From: an uncultured Acidobacterium sp.
Lineage (GTDB): Bacteria; Acidobacteriota; Terriglobia; Terriglobales; Acidobacteriaceae
Length of the DNA stretch: 64,000 bases
Reading direction: 5' to 3'
NCBI GenBank assembly: GCA_964610635.1
Contig: CAZSWI010000003.1
Span: forward strand, 194 to 64,193
Shown here: positions 1-9,357 of the stretch, piece after piece
Layout of the letters: the number at the start of each line of letters is the position of its first letter
How positions within the stretch are numbered: the first letter of the stretch is position 1
The notes under the pieces: generated by a model
What the model was told of the DNA's origin: nothing
Databases searched by the model: none
Seen by the model: the letters and a program-made list of their open reading frames with translations, nothing else
Position numbers and translations under genes: made by a program

Positions 1-1
1 G

Positions 2-481
2 AGCTCGAACCTGGCGCGCTTCGATGGGGTGCGGTATGGGTTGCGCGCGCCGCAGTCGGATACGCTGGCGGCGATGTATCGGAAGACGCGCGATCTGGGA
101 TTTGGCGCGGAGGTAAAACGGCGGATTCTGCTGGGGACGTATGTTCTGAGCCATGGCTACTACGAGGCGTACTACCGCAAGGCGCAGCAGGTAAGACGGC
201 TGCTGACGGAGGATTTTCTTAAGGCGTTTGGCGAGGTGGATGCGATTGTGACGCCGACCGCGCCCACACCGGCGTTCAAGATTGGCGAGAAGTCGGATGA
301 TCCGGTGGCTATGTATCTGGCGGACATCTATACGGTGACGGCGAGCCTGGCGGGGATTTGCGGGGTGTCGGTTCCGTGCGGGAAGTCGCGGGCGGGATTG
401 CCGATCGGGATGCAGATACTAGGGCGGCATTTTGACGAGACGACGATTTTCCGCGTGGGGCAGGCGGTGGAGAGGCTTTGA
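2..481 (+). CDS. gatA: Glu-tRNA(Gln)/Asp-tRNA(Asn) amidotransferase subunit A, C-terminal part (5' end lies outside the window)
   Basis: The frame is open from the window edge. The translation [15 protein letters not shown]...[22 protein letters not shown]...[12 protein letters not shown]...[12 protein letters not shown] matches the conserved C-terminal half of amidase-family GatA. Confidence 0.9.
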   Translation, partial: SSNLARFDGVRYGLRAPQSDTLAAMYRKTRDLGFGAEVKRRILLGTYVLSHGYYEAYYRKAQQVRRLLTEDFLKAFGEVDAIVTPTAPTPAFKIGEKSDDPVAMYLADIYTVTASLAGICGVSVPCGKSRAGLPIGMQILGRHFDETTIFRVGQAVERL

Positions 482-1479
482 ACGTGGACGGGGATAGCAC
501 GACAGCGGCTGATTCGGCCCAGGCTCCGGGGCGGCCTGCTTTCGCAATGCAGTCGCCGCGTATTCCTGGTCACCGGATATTTTTTGGACCGCAAGGGTTG
601 CGCGCGGGTTGGTCTCTCCTGGTATTCGCCGGCATTTGGTTCTTGTTGCTTAACGTTGCCGAGGTCCTGGTTGGGCCTTATCTGCACATGCGCAGGAATC
701 AGCCGATGCCGCCGTTTACCGGTTTGCTGATGGAAGGCTCGCAGTTTGTCCCTGTGCTTCTTGCTACCGCGGCGTTGGCGCTGTTGGAGCGAAAGCCGGT
801 GCTGTTTTATGGCTTTCAGGGGCAGGCTCGGATGGTGCGCCTGATTTCAGGGGCCGTTTGGGGATTCATCGCCATTTCGGCCGTGGTTCTGGTGTTGCGC
901 CAGCTGGGTTATTTGTCGATCGAGGGGCGGACGCTGGGCGGGATCGTGGCTTTGAAATACGGGTGCGAGTGGGGCGGTTTGTTCCTGCTGGTGGGCTTGA
1001 CCGAGGAGTCGACGTTTCGTGGTTATGTTCAATTCACGGTTACGCGCGGCATTGGATTCTGGTGGGGCGCGCTGTTATTTGCGGTGCTGTTCGGGTTGGT
1101 GCACGGGACCAACGGCGGCGAGTCGCCGGTGGGTCTGATCGGCGCGGGAGCGGTAGGCCTGATTTTTTGTCTGAGTCTCTGGTACACGGGATCGCTGTGG
1201 TGGGCGGTGGGCTTTCATGCGGCGTGGGACTGGGGGCAGTCGTATTTCTTCGGCACTGCGGACAGCGGCCTGGTGGCGCAGGGGCATTTGTTCAGCGAGC
1301 ATGCTGTGGGCAGGGTGTTGTGGAGCGGCGGGGCTACGGGACCGGAGGGCAGCGTTATTGTTTTTCCATTGCTGCTGATTGTGGCGTTGATGATGTATTT
1401 GTGGTGGGGTCGGCGGGTGAAGTCGCAGTTTGCCGGGGCGGCGTGGAAGCCTGGACGATTGCCGGTGGATGATAATTAG
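478..1479 (+). CDS. CPBP (CAAX-like) family intramembrane protease
   Basis: Multi-helix hydrophobic protein with the CPBP motifs EESTFRGY (EExxxR), FGLVHG (FxxxH) and HAAWDW. The true start may be the in-frame ATG at 547. Confidence 0.8.
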   Translation: MNVDGDSTTAADSAQAPGRPAFAMQSPRIPGHRIFFGPQGLRAGWSLLVFAGIWFLLLNVAEVLVGPYLHMRRNQPMPPFTGLLMEGSQFVPVLLATAALALLERKPVLFYGFQGQARMVRLISGAVWGFIAISAVVLVLRQLGYLSIEGRTLGGIVALKYGCEWGGLFLLVGLTEESTFRGYVQFTVTRGIGFWWGALLFAVLFGLVHGTNGGESPVGLIGAGAVGLIFCLSLWYTGSLWWAVGFHAAWDWGQSYFFGTADSGLVAQGHLFSEHAVGRVLWSGGATGPEGSVIVFPLLLIVALMMYLWWGRRVKSQFAGAAWKPGRLPVDDN

Positions 1480-1508
1480 AACGAGGCAGCATTTCGCACG
1501 ATGAAGCG

Positions 1509-1631
1509 ATGGTGAAGGAGCTTCGCGAGAGCCCTGAGTTTGCGGCCGAATATCTCAAGGCTGCACTGGAAGACGCGGAGCAGCCCGAGGTCTTCCTGAT
1601 TGCGCTGCGCAGGGTAGCTGAAGCTCGCTGA
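1509..1631 (+). pseudogene. 40-codon remnant resembling the N-terminal segment of HigA/'addiction module antidote' antitoxins, with no HTH part
   Basis: A small ORF below the track cutoff encodes MVKELRESPEFAAEYLKAALEDAEQPEVFLIALRRVAEAR. The pattern (P.EFAAEYLNAALE.GD...L.AL..IA.A) is typical of the region preceding the HTH in that antitoxin family. The ORF stops before any HTH and no toxin gene is nearby. Confidence 0.35.
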
Positions 1632-1642
1632 GGGGCGGCTAC

Positions 1643-2782
1643 TCAGGCCAGGCGATGATCCATGGGCACGTATTTCACGGGATATTCCGGGCCGGTGTAT
1701 TCGGCGCGGGGGCGGATGAGGCGGTTGTCGTCGAGTTGTTCGATGACGTGGGCGGTCCATCCGGCGATGCGGCTGACAGCGAAGATGGGCGTGAAAAGGT
1801 CGAGGTCGATGCCGAGCGTTGTGTACGTTGAGGCGGAATAAAAGTCGACGTTGGCGTTGAGCTTCTTTTCGACCTTGACGAACTCCTCGATGCGGCGGGA
1901 CATGTCGAACCACCTGGTGTTGCCGGAATCTTTACTGAGTTGCTCAGACATTCTGCGCAGGTGCGTGGCGCGAGGATCTTCGGTGCGATAGACGCGGTGG
2001 CCGAAGCCGAAGACCTTCTTCTTTTGGGCGAGCAGGCTCTTGACGTATTCGACGGGGTCGCCGCCCGACTTGCCGATCTCGAAGAGCATCTTCATCACGG
2101 CTTCGTTGGCGCCTCCGTGGAGCGGACCTTTGAGAGCGCCGATGGCGCCGGTGATGGCCGAATGCATGTCCGCCATGGTGCCGGCGATGACGCGGGCGGC
2201 GAAGGTGGAGGCGTTCAGCTCGTGATCGGCGTGGAGGATGAGAGCCATGTCGAACGCGCCGGTCGCGGCGGGGATGGGCTTCGTGCCGTGCAGCATCCAG
2301 AGGAAGTTGGCGGCGTGGGTGAGCGAGGGATCGGGCTCGACGACGCTCTTGCCTTTGCGAATGCGGTCGAAGGCTGCGACCAGCATGGGCAATTGTGCGG
2401 TCAGGGCGAAAGCTTTGCGGACGTTCGAGTCATGGTCGACGGCGGCTTCGGCCGGGTCATAAAAGCTCAGCGCGGAAACCGCTGTTCGCAGCACTTCCAT
2501 GGGCGTGGCGGTCTTCGGGACGGAACGAAAGAGGTCGTAGATTTCGGAAGGAACGCGGCGCGCATCGGTGAGCTTGCTGGTGAACTCGGCGAGCTGCGAA
2601 CGGCTGGGGAGAGTGCCGTGCCACAAGAGGTATGTGGTTTCCTCGAAGGTGGATTGTTCGGCCAGTTCGTGAATGTCGATGCCGCGATAGGCGAGGACGC
2701 CGGCATACCCATCGATCCAGCAGATGCCGGAGTTCGCTGCCACAACACCTTCAAGACCTTTTACCACCGTTGCCGTCGCCAT
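1643..2782 (-). CDS. gltA: Citrate synthase (short, about 380-aa form)
   Basis: The translation contains MATATVVKGLEGVVAANSGICWIDG..., LILHADHELNASTF and GFGHRVYRTEDPRA, which are citrate synthase signatures. The start is placed at the ATG complement 2780-2782, preceded by GGAGGAG on the coding strand. The longer ORF to 2836 is probably not used. Confidence 0.88.
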   Translation of the reverse strand: MATATVVKGLEGVVAANSGICWIDGYAGVLAYRGIDIHELAEQSTFEETTYLLWHGTLPSRSQLAEFTSKLTDARRVPSEIYDLFRSVPKTATPMEVLRTAVSALSFYDPAEAAVDHDSNVRKAFALTAQLPMLVAAFDRIRKGKSVVEPDPSLTHAANFLWMLHGTKPIPAATGAFDMALILHADHELNASTFAARVIAGTMADMHSAITGAIGALKGPLHGGANEAVMKMLFEIGKSGGDPVEYVKSLLAQKKKVFGFGHRVYRTEDPRATHLRRMSEQLSKDSGNTRWFDMSRRIEEFVKVEKKLNANVDFYSASTYTTLGIDLDLFTPIFAVSRIAGWTAHVIEQLDDNRLIRPRAEYTGPEYPVKYVPMDHRLA

Positions 2783-2957
2783 GGGTTGCTTTCTCCTCCG
2801 CCCGGAGATGTGATGCGGGATGCCGCGATGGCGCACGCGATGCGGGGAGCGCCCACTTGAAGGGAGCGTCCAGGGCCTGCACGGAACGCCAGGAATCCTT
2901 CTTATAGCTTACGCGAGGATTGGCTGTCATTCAGAATGGAGCGACGGACTGAGTTTT

Positions 2958-4022
2958 TCAGGAAGAAGCCGGGGCGAGGGCGAATCGGCCGCAGCGGAAG
3001 GGCGAGAGGTCGATCTGCGGCTCGCGGCCAGCGATCGACTGGCTGAGCAGGCGTCCGGAGCCGGGGCCGAGCAGGATTCCGTTCCGGAAGTGGCCGGTGG
3101 CGACCCAGCAGCGGTTGCCGGTCTGGTCGATGATGGGCAGGCCGTCTTCGGATCCAGGGCGGAAACCGATCCAGGTTTCCGCGATGCCGGCGTTGCGCAG
3201 GGGCGGCCAGAGGGCTGCGGCGCGGGAGAGGAGTTCGTGAATCCGGGCGGGGTCGACATTGCGATCGAAACCGGCGTCCTCAACCGTGGAGCCGATGGTG
3301 TAGCGGTTGGCGCCCCGGGGGACGATGTAGACGTTCGGAGTGCGGAGGACGCAATGCATTTGTATGGCGCCGGGGAGCTCCACGGTGAGCATGTGGCCCT
3401 TGCGTGGAAAGACGGGGAGAGCGCTGTCGAGGGTGGGGGCCCATGCTCCGGCAGCGTTGAGAAAGGCGCCGGCGGAAAATGTGCCGTTCACTGTGACGAA
3501 TTCGACTGCCGACTTTACCGCGCGTACAGACAGAACCGAAGTATTTTCGCGCAACTCGATACCGGCGGCGCGCGCGGCCGCGGGGAGTGACTCGGCCAGA
3601 TCCCATGCATCGAAGCTTTGTTCTTCGAGCAGCAGAAATCTCAAGCTCGTCGCGATGACGCCGGGGGCGAGAGTCTCGAGGTCTGTGTCGTTCAGAAGTT
3701 TTGTTTCGCCGAGGGCCACGGGAAGACGATGCACGCCCTGGACAGTTGTGCTGGTTCGGATGGGAATCCTTTTTGCAGAGAGCTGCTCGATGCGCGCGAG
3801 GAAATCGGGATAGCAGGCGAGGCTGAATCTGCTGAGCTCCCGCAGTGCGCCGGGATTTTCCGGATCGGCGGCAGCGAGCATACCGGCCGCGGCGCGCGAT
3901 GCTTCCGACATTGCCTCAGTCCGATCGAACACGGTTACGGCGCAGCCCGCACTCTTCAGTTCCAGCGCGGTTGCGAGACCGATGATGCCGCCGCCGGCGA
4001 TGGCCACATCGGCGTTGTTCAT
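2958..4022 (-). CDS. thiO: FAD-dependent oxidoreductase of the DAO family, glycine oxidase (ThiO)-like
   Basis: N-terminal dinucleotide fold VAIAGGGIIGLATALEL. C-terminal motifs RPGSEDGLPIID and GHFRNGILLGP are typical of ThiO/DAO enzymes. Confidence 0.6.
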   Translation of the reverse strand: MNNADVAIAGGGIIGLATALELKSAGCAVTVFDRTEAMSEASRAAAGMLAAADPENPGALRELSRFSLACYPDFLARIEQLSAKRIPIRTSTTVQGVHRLPVALGETKLLNDTDLETLAPGVIATSLRFLLLEEQSFDAWDLAESLPAAARAAGIELRENTSVLSVRAVKSAVEFVTVNGTFSAGAFLNAAGAWAPTLDSALPVFPRKGHMLTVELPGAIQMHCVLRTPNVYIVPRGANRYTIGSTVEDAGFDRNVDPARIHELLSRAAALWPPLRNAGIAETWIGFRPGSEDGLPIIDQTGNRCWVATGHFRNGILLGPGSGRLLSQSIAGREPQIDLSPFRCGRFALAPASS

Positions 4023-4039
4023 AAATTTATTTTAGAACC

Positions 4040-4279
4040 GGTCTCACATGCAGCGCAGGGACTCTGGAGTGCCGCATGAGGACCGCTTCGATGGCGGGTC
4101 TCACACGCGGCATTTGCGACGTATGAGGTCTATGAGAGCAGTTCCAGTTCGCAGATCGGCATGAGAGACCGACGGCCCGATCAATCATCATTACTTTAAG
4201 TACTGCCTTGAGTGACTTTTGAGGAAGTGAATTGCGAGGGTCTGGGGGATATGCTGGGGAACACATTTCACATGAGACA
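4040..4279. promoter_or_regulatory. Cluster of at least five copies of a ~10-nt motif GGTCTC(N)CATG, in both orientations, within a divergent intergenic region
   Basis: The copies are GGTCTCACATG 4040-4050, CATGAGGACC 4075-4084 (reverse), GGTCTCACACG 4097-4107, GGTCTATGAGAG 4127-4138 (variant), CATGAGAGACC 4160-4170 (reverse) and CATGAGACA 4271-4279 (reverse). Confidence 0.3.
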
Positions 4280-4657
4280 GAGATACAGATACCGTGAAAA
4301 AACACACGGCTTCTCAGAGGAAGAATCTTCCATGTTGAGGCGTATTTTTGCCTGAATGGATCGCGCTATTTTTTTTCATGTGTTGTGGAAAATGGCGGAG
4401 GATACCGAGCGAAAGCCGTGCAGTTACGGACATTCGCAGACAAAAACAGAACACAGATGATGAGTTTGTGGAGTTGGACTTCCGCGTGCACTTGCGGGAG
4501 CTAAATTCTCGGCAGACCGTCAATCGACTCGGCAAGACATACCCGCGGAGATCGGCCTCGAAAGTATTTGGGCTGCTCCGCCTTGAACTCAGCCTCCCTC
4601 TCCCAGGGAGCGTAAGCAATCCAATCGGGCCAAACACTAACAGACGTATGAGGTGAA

Positions 4658-6766
4658 GTGGTGTACGAGATCCCTGTTCGTTTTTCGTCAGAGTCAGTAT
4701 TGACTTTGCGGGACAGCATTTTGAACGACAGCAGAATTGGGGAGAATGGATGGCCGGTACGGCGGGGGACTCGAATATCGAAGCGGCTTGCAAAGCTGAG
4801 CATGCTGGCGGGCTGCTGGGCTTCGATGGTATTTGCCGGATGCGGGACGAATATGCCGACAGGGCTCACGGCCGCGGAGAGCTCGATTGATTTTGGCGCA
4901 GTGACAGTGGGTCAGGCATCCAGTTCGACGGTTTCATTCACGAACAGCGGCACAGCCGCGGTGCGGATATCACAGGTGAACGTCGCGGGCCAGTCATTCA
5001 GGATGGCGAGTGAGGGCGGTTATCCGGTTACGGTTGGCGCGGGCGGTACTTACAGCTTTCAAGTGCAGTTCAACCCGTCCACGGCGGGTCAAGCCACGGG
5101 ACAAGTGTCGGTGATCAGCAATGCGACAACGGGGGCGCTCCCGGTGATCGGGCTGAGCGGCGTGGGAGTGCAGCCTCCCGGCGAGCCTTCAGCGTCGCCA
5201 CAAACGGGGGTGCTGAACGGCATTTCGTGCAGCAGCTCGACGATCACAGGCGCGGAAACCGATCTGTGCACTGTCACCCTGACGGCGCCGGCGGGCAGCG
5301 ATGGCGTGAGCGTGATCCTGTTGAGCAGCAGTCCTGCGGTGACGGTGCCATGGGTCGTCACAGTTCCCGCAAACGCGGCCAGCGCGAGCTTCCAGGCGGC
5401 GGCGAGCGCAGTAACGGCAGCGCAGGCTGTCGAGCTGTGGGCCATCGAAGGCGGCATTGCCGAGACAACCGGGCTGGAGCTGAATGCCGCGGTGCGGACG
5501 CTGGAAAGCAGCACGAACAATGTAGCGTTCGGCAATGTCTCACTCAACACGGCAGCCATACAGACGGTAACTCTGAATTCGGCCGGGAGCGAGCCGGTAA
5601 CGATCGACTCCGCAACGCTGGACGGAACGGGCTACACGTTGAACGGGCCTGCGCTTCCGTTGATTTTGAATCCGGGCCAGGAGATCGTCCTCACGCTGCA
5701 GTTCGATCCCGGGAATGTGGGCACGTCGATGGGGATGCTCACGATAGCGAGCAACGATTCGTCGGGCGCCGCGACGGTGATCGGAATCAGCGGGACCGGC
5801 ACGGACAACTCAGGAGGCGGATCAGGCGGGGGCGGAGGATCCGGGGGCTCAGGTGGTGGTGGCGGGCCGGGTGGCGGCGGCGGGTCAGGGGGCGGCGGTG
5901 CAACCGGGCAGCCGGGGCCAGCTTCTCTTTCCTGCAGCGCCGCATCGATTACGGGTTCGGGAACGGACAGTTGCGTTGTGACTCTCGCAGCGGCAGCGCC
6001 GACGGGTGGAGTTGCAGTGAATCTTGCCAGCAACAATCCGGCGGTCGCATTGCCGGCCAGCGTAGTGGTTCCGGCGGGCGCCCTCAATGCTGGGTTTGCG
6101 GCGGCAGTGATGGCGGTGCCCGCTGTGGAAACGGCGACGCTGACCGCGGCGGCCAATGGCGTTTCGCAGTCCTTCGCGCTGCAGTTGAATGCCGCGGCGG
6201 CGCTGTTGACTGCTAATACCGCTTCGGTGGGATTCGGAAGCGTGCCGCTGAATACTGCAGCGACGCAGGCGCTGACGCTGACGTCGACGGGCTCGGTGGC
6301 TGTTTCGATCAGTGGAGCGAGCGTGACCGGGGCCGGATTCACGATTGCCGGAATGATGCTTCCGCTGACTCTGAATCCCGGACAGTCGGTCACGCTCAGT
6401 GTCGGATTCCTGCCAACGGAAACGGGGCCGTCGACGGGGCAGTTGACAATCGCCAGCAACAGCGGCAGCGGCGGGACGATCGTCATTGCATTGAAGGGCT
6501 CGGGTACGCAGACCCATTCGGTGGGGCTGACCTGGCTGGCCCCGGCGAGTTCACCCGACCAGGTGGTGGGATACAACGTCTATCGCTCGCCGAGCGGGGC
6601 GGGAGCGTTTCAGTTGCTGAACGCCGGGATCGATTTGACAACGGCGTATACGGACAGCACGGTGCAGAACGGCCTGGCCTACGATTACGTGGTCACGAGC
6701 GTCGACAGCGCGGGAGTTGAAAGCGTCCCTTCGAATATGTATACGGCGAACGTTCCCGCGGACTGA
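4658..6766 (+). CDS. Secreted, probably lipidated, multi-domain surface protein: choice-of-anchor-D-type Ig modules, Cys-pair Ig-like modules, a Gly/Ser linker and a C-terminal FN3-like domain
   Basis: A basic stretch (KRLAK) is followed by a hydrophobic segment ending in the lipobox-like VFAGC. There are three modules of the type IDFGAVTVGQ..SFTNSGTA...LTIASN and two modules with paired Cys (SCSSSTITGAETDLC, SCSAASITGSGTDSC). A Gly/Ser run is encoded at 5811-5900, and the C-terminus is FN3-like (VVGYNVYRS...YDYVVTSVD). The start is uncertain (GTG 4658 or ATG 4802). Confidence 0.75.
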   Translation: MVYEIPVRFSSESVLTLRDSILNDSRIGENGWPVRRGTRISKRLAKLSMLAGCWASMVFAGCGTNMPTGLTAAESSIDFGAVTVGQASSSTVSFTNSGTAAVRISQVNVAGQSFRMASEGGYPVTVGAGGTYSFQVQFNPSTAGQATGQVSVISNATTGALPVIGLSGVGVQPPGEPSASPQTGVLNGISCSSSTITGAETDLCTVTLTAPAGSDGVSVILLSSSPAVTVPWVVTVPANAASASFQAAASAVTAAQAVELWAIEGGIAETTGLELNAAVRTLESSTNNVAFGNVSLNTAAIQTVTLNSAGSEPVTIDSATLDGTGYTLNGPALPLILNPGQEIVLTLQFDPGNVGTSMGMLTIASNDSSGAATVIGISGTGTDNSGGGSGGGGGSGGSGGGGGPGGGGGSGGGGATGQPGPASLSCSAASITGSGTDSCVVTLAAAAPTGGVAVNLASNNPAVALPASVVVPAGALNAGFAAAVMAVPAVETATLTAAANGVSQSFALQLNAAAALLTANTASVGFGSVPLNTAATQALTLTSTGSVAVSISGASVTGAGFTIAGMMLPLTLNPGQSVTLSVGFLPTETGPSTGQLTIASNSGSGGTIVIALKGSGTQTHSVGLTWLAPASSPDQVVGYNVYRSPSGAGAFQLLNAGIDLTTAYTDSTVQNGLAYDYVVTSVDSAGVESVPSNMYTANVPAD

Positions 6767-7153
6767 GCGCGTGGAACCAGCGCTTCAACCCATGGACGCC
6801 GCGGAGGGAGTTCAAGGAGTTTACGGAGGAGGATGAAATGAAACTGCGGGGCGTGGTCCGGTGCGGTGCATTCCGGTTTAGTCATGATGGTACGCGTGGT
6901 TAATTCTGAATTAAGGTGACACTGTGCTTTGGGTTCCACGTTATAATGAACGCTCGGGCCGATCGACAGTAAGCGCCCATTCGACTTCATTCAACATTCA
7001 TCCAGCACTTTCTAAGCAACTGCGTATGGGTAGAGCGGAACTGGGTTCAGCCAGGGCCGGGATCCCTGACGTTGACTTCAGAAGGCAATGGCTCCAGGGC
7101 ATCCCGGGGGCCATTCCGCATCCGGTCTCAGTGGGCCGGCATGGGGATAACTA

Positions 7154-7840
7154 ATGGTTTCTTTATCCGATAGTCTGCCTGCTCCAATCCGTATCCTGAT
7201 CGCCGACGATCATCCGCTGTTCCGGGACGGACTGCGAAGATTGCTGCAGACGCAGCCCGGGTTCGAGGTGGTGGGGGAAGCATCGGACGGAGACGTGTTG
7301 CTGGAACTGGCTCGGCAGACTGAACCGGACATTCTGTTGCTCGATCTTTCGATGCCGCGGCGCGACGGAATGGAGGTTTTGCGGGAACTGCTGGCTCACC
7401 GTCTACCGATGCGGACCCTGCTGCTGACGGCGTCTATCGAAAAGGCTCAGATCGTTCAGGCGCTGAAACTGGGAGCGTACGGGGTGGTTATGAAAGAATC
7501 CACCACGCAGCGGCTTTTCGACAGCATTCACTGTGTGATGGCCGGCCAGTACTGGGTGGGCCGCGAGAGCGTGAGCGACCTGGTTCAGGCTCTGCGGAGC
7601 GTGGCTCCCGCGGATGAGGGATACCGCCGCAGCGATTACGGTCTGACGACGCGGGAACTGGAGATCGTGAACCTGGTGGTGGCGGGGTATTCGAATCCCG
7701 ATATCGCACAGAGGTGCGTGATCAGCGAGCAGACGGTAAAGCACCACATCAGCAACGTATTTGACAAGCTGGGGGTGTCGAACCGGCTGGAGCTCGCGCT
7801 GTTTGCCGTCAATCATCGGCTGACGTCATTCGCTTCATGA
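7154..7840 (+). CDS. NarL/LuxR-family two-component response regulator with no adjacent histidine kinase
   Basis: The REC domain shows IRILIADDHPLFRDGL and DILLLDLSMP. The C-terminal LuxR-type HTH reads LTTRELEIVNLVVAGYSNPDIAQRCVISEQTVKHHISNVFDKLGV. Confidence 0.9.
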   Translation: MVSLSDSLPAPIRILIADDHPLFRDGLRRLLQTQPGFEVVGEASDGDVLLELARQTEPDILLLDLSMPRRDGMEVLRELLAHRLPMRTLLLTASIEKAQIVQALKLGAYGVVMKESTTQRLFDSIHCVMAGQYWVGRESVSDLVQALRSVAPADEGYRRSDYGLTTRELEIVNLVVAGYSNPDIAQRCVISEQTVKHHISNVFDKLGVSNRLELALFAVNHRLTSFAS

Positions 7841-8091
7841 TGGGACAGCGGTGGCTTGAAAATGCGAGCCAGTGCGGGCGCGATCGAGGCCGGAGCAGAT
7901 GGCCTGGAAGTGTGAATTTCCATCGGTAAAAATGCACCGCGGTAACACACAAAGGTTCTATTGGACTAGCACTATGCAGTCATATGACGATAGTACTGTC
8001 GGGCTATTGCTGTACCCAGGGAAGTGCCCTAACCTTGAGCACGCGAGTCGGGACAGCAGGTTGGTCTGTGGGTGGAATGCAAGGAGAGGGC

Positions 8092-8496
8092 ATGGAACCG
8101 GATCGGGCCTTGAGCGCGACACCTACAGAAATCTGCCGAGCCCGCCGATATGAGATCGGGACGGCCATCCGTTATCGGGTGCGGGGAGAGAGGGCGTGGC
8201 ACGATGGAGTGACTGAGAATATCAGCATTTCCGGGGTGCTGATGAGGAGTTTTCGGCCGCTGGATCCGAAGACCGCAGTTGAAATGAGGTTCGTTCTTCC
8301 GGTAGAGCTGGACGGGGAGAGAGCCGCTGAAGTTTTCTGCCGAGGTTTCGTAATTCGTTCGTCGACATGCAGGATCCCGGCCGGCGCCTTCACGGTGGCT
8401 GCCAGGATTATGCATTCGCGATTTTTTCGCCAGATGAGCGGCAGGGATTACATGGCCAAAGACTCGTTCAATGGCAATGAGCGGTTATCGCTTTGA
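8092..8496 (+). CDS. Small PilZ-like domain protein
   Basis: The ATG at 8092 is preceded by AAGGAGAGGG (8081-8090). The sequence RARRYEIGTAIRYRV...DGVTENISISGVLM fits the PilZ (R)RxxxR ... D/NxSxxG arrangement. The second motif is intact (NISISG), but the first is imperfect (RARRY). Confidence 0.65.
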   Translation: MEPDRALSATPTEICRARRYEIGTAIRYRVRGERAWHDGVTENISISGVLMRSFRPLDPKTAVEMRFVLPVELDGERAAEVFCRGFVIRSSTCRIPAGAFTVAARIMHSRFFRQMSGRDYMAKDSFNGNERLSL

Positions 8497-8648
8497 CTCA
8501 CTTTCCTGTTAAGAATCAGCGTTAAAGGCAAGAGGCATCCGGGCAGGACAGGGTTGCGGATTGCCTGGAGTTCACGAATTCTGACTGTGGAAAATGGGCT
8601 GATGTAGCTCACAGGGCGGAGCTGTACCCGGATGAGCGATAATGAGAG

Positions 8649-9272
8649 ATGGAATTGAGCAAAATGACGCCTCTGACGAGGGTTAGCGCCGAAACCGAGG
8701 ACCAGGCCGCGTGGTGGGCTCTCTACACCCGGCACCAGCACGAAAAAACTGTAGCGGAAATGCTGTTGTGCAAGGGCCTGGAAGTGTTTCTGCCGCTGCA
8801 CGATTCGATGCGGCGGTGGAAAGACAGACAGAAGCTTCTTTCGCTGCCGTTGTTTCCCGGATACGTCTTTGTGCGGGGAAATCCAGACCGCAGGCTTCAG
8901 GTGGTGACGACGCCGGGGGTGCATATGATCCTGTCCCGGGGGGATCAGATCGCGGTGGTTCCGGAGGAGGAGATTCTGGCCATCCGGCGCGTGGTGGAAG
9001 GGTCCTGCCGCGTCGAGCCGCATCCGTTTTTGCGGTGTGGGGAGCGGGTGCGGATGATACGGGGCTCGCTTGAGGGAGTGGAAGGCATTCTGGTGCGGAA
9101 GAAGAATCTCTGCCGTTTGGTGTTGTCGGTGGATATGTTGGCGCGATCTGTGGGCGTGGAAGTCGATGCCTCCGACGTGGAACCGATCGGCGTGGAGGGC
9201 GCGCGGGGCGCATTTTTAGGCGGGGCCACCGCGGGGGCGGAGCGATTGAAAGAGGCATTACCGTCCGCATAG
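8649..9272 (+). CDS. NusG-paralog transcription antiterminator (UpxY/RfaH-like, NGN + KOW)
   Basis: The NGN domain reads WWALYTRHQHEKTVAEMLLCKGLEVFLPLHDSMRRWKDRQKLLSLPLFPGYVFVR. The KOW-like segment reads GERVRMIRGSLEGVEGILVRKKNLCRLVLSV. It is the first gene of the long co-directional polysaccharide cluster. Confidence 0.85.
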   Translation: MELSKMTPLTRVSAETEDQAAWWALYTRHQHEKTVAEMLLCKGLEVFLPLHDSMRRWKDRQKLLSLPLFPGYVFVRGNPDRRLQVVTTPGVHMILSRGDQIAVVPEEEILAIRRVVEGSCRVEPHPFLRCGERVRMIRGSLEGVEGILVRKKNLCRLVLSVDMLARSVGVEVDASDVEPIGVEGARGAFLGGATAGAERLKEALPSA

Positions 9273-9357
9273 CGGTTTACAGGCCCTGGGGCACAATTTG
9301 AGTGCTGCGCAACCGCATGTGATTTACTATGCAGGGTAAGCAGCAGCCGCAGAAGGT

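Noticed and set aside
858-1472. Alternative-frame + strand ORFs overlapping real genes. Examples are 858..1472, 1940..2860, 2820..3590, 5227..6216, 14203..14694, 20699..21322, 36308..36937, 48794..49429 and 60691..61236.
   Set aside because: The reasoning is the same as for the antisense ORFs. The composition is Arg/Gly-rich and non-protein-like, and the overlapping frame carries strong family signatures.
4023-4320. TPP (thi-box) riboswitch upstream of the ThiO-like gene on the minus strand.
   Set aside because: A CTGAGA string exists, but the conserved ACCTGATCTGGATAATGCCAGCG-type element and the expected helices are absent.
4314-4869. ORFs 4348..4656 (+), 4314..4793 (-) and 4501..4869 (-) in the long gap upstream of the choice-of-anchor-D gene.
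   Set aside because: They overlap one another, sit in a GC-poor region, show no family motifs, and two of them run into the real + strand gene. The region is better treated as non-coding regulatory DNA.
6838-6903. 21-codon mini-ORF (MKLRGVVRCGAFRFSHDGTRG) downstream of a strong GGAGGAGG, next to the inverted repeat TTAATTC-T-GAATTAA (6900-6914).
   Set aside because: The Shine-Dalgarno spacing is only ~4 nt, and the peptide has no recognisable features. It is too short to support without conservation or expression data.
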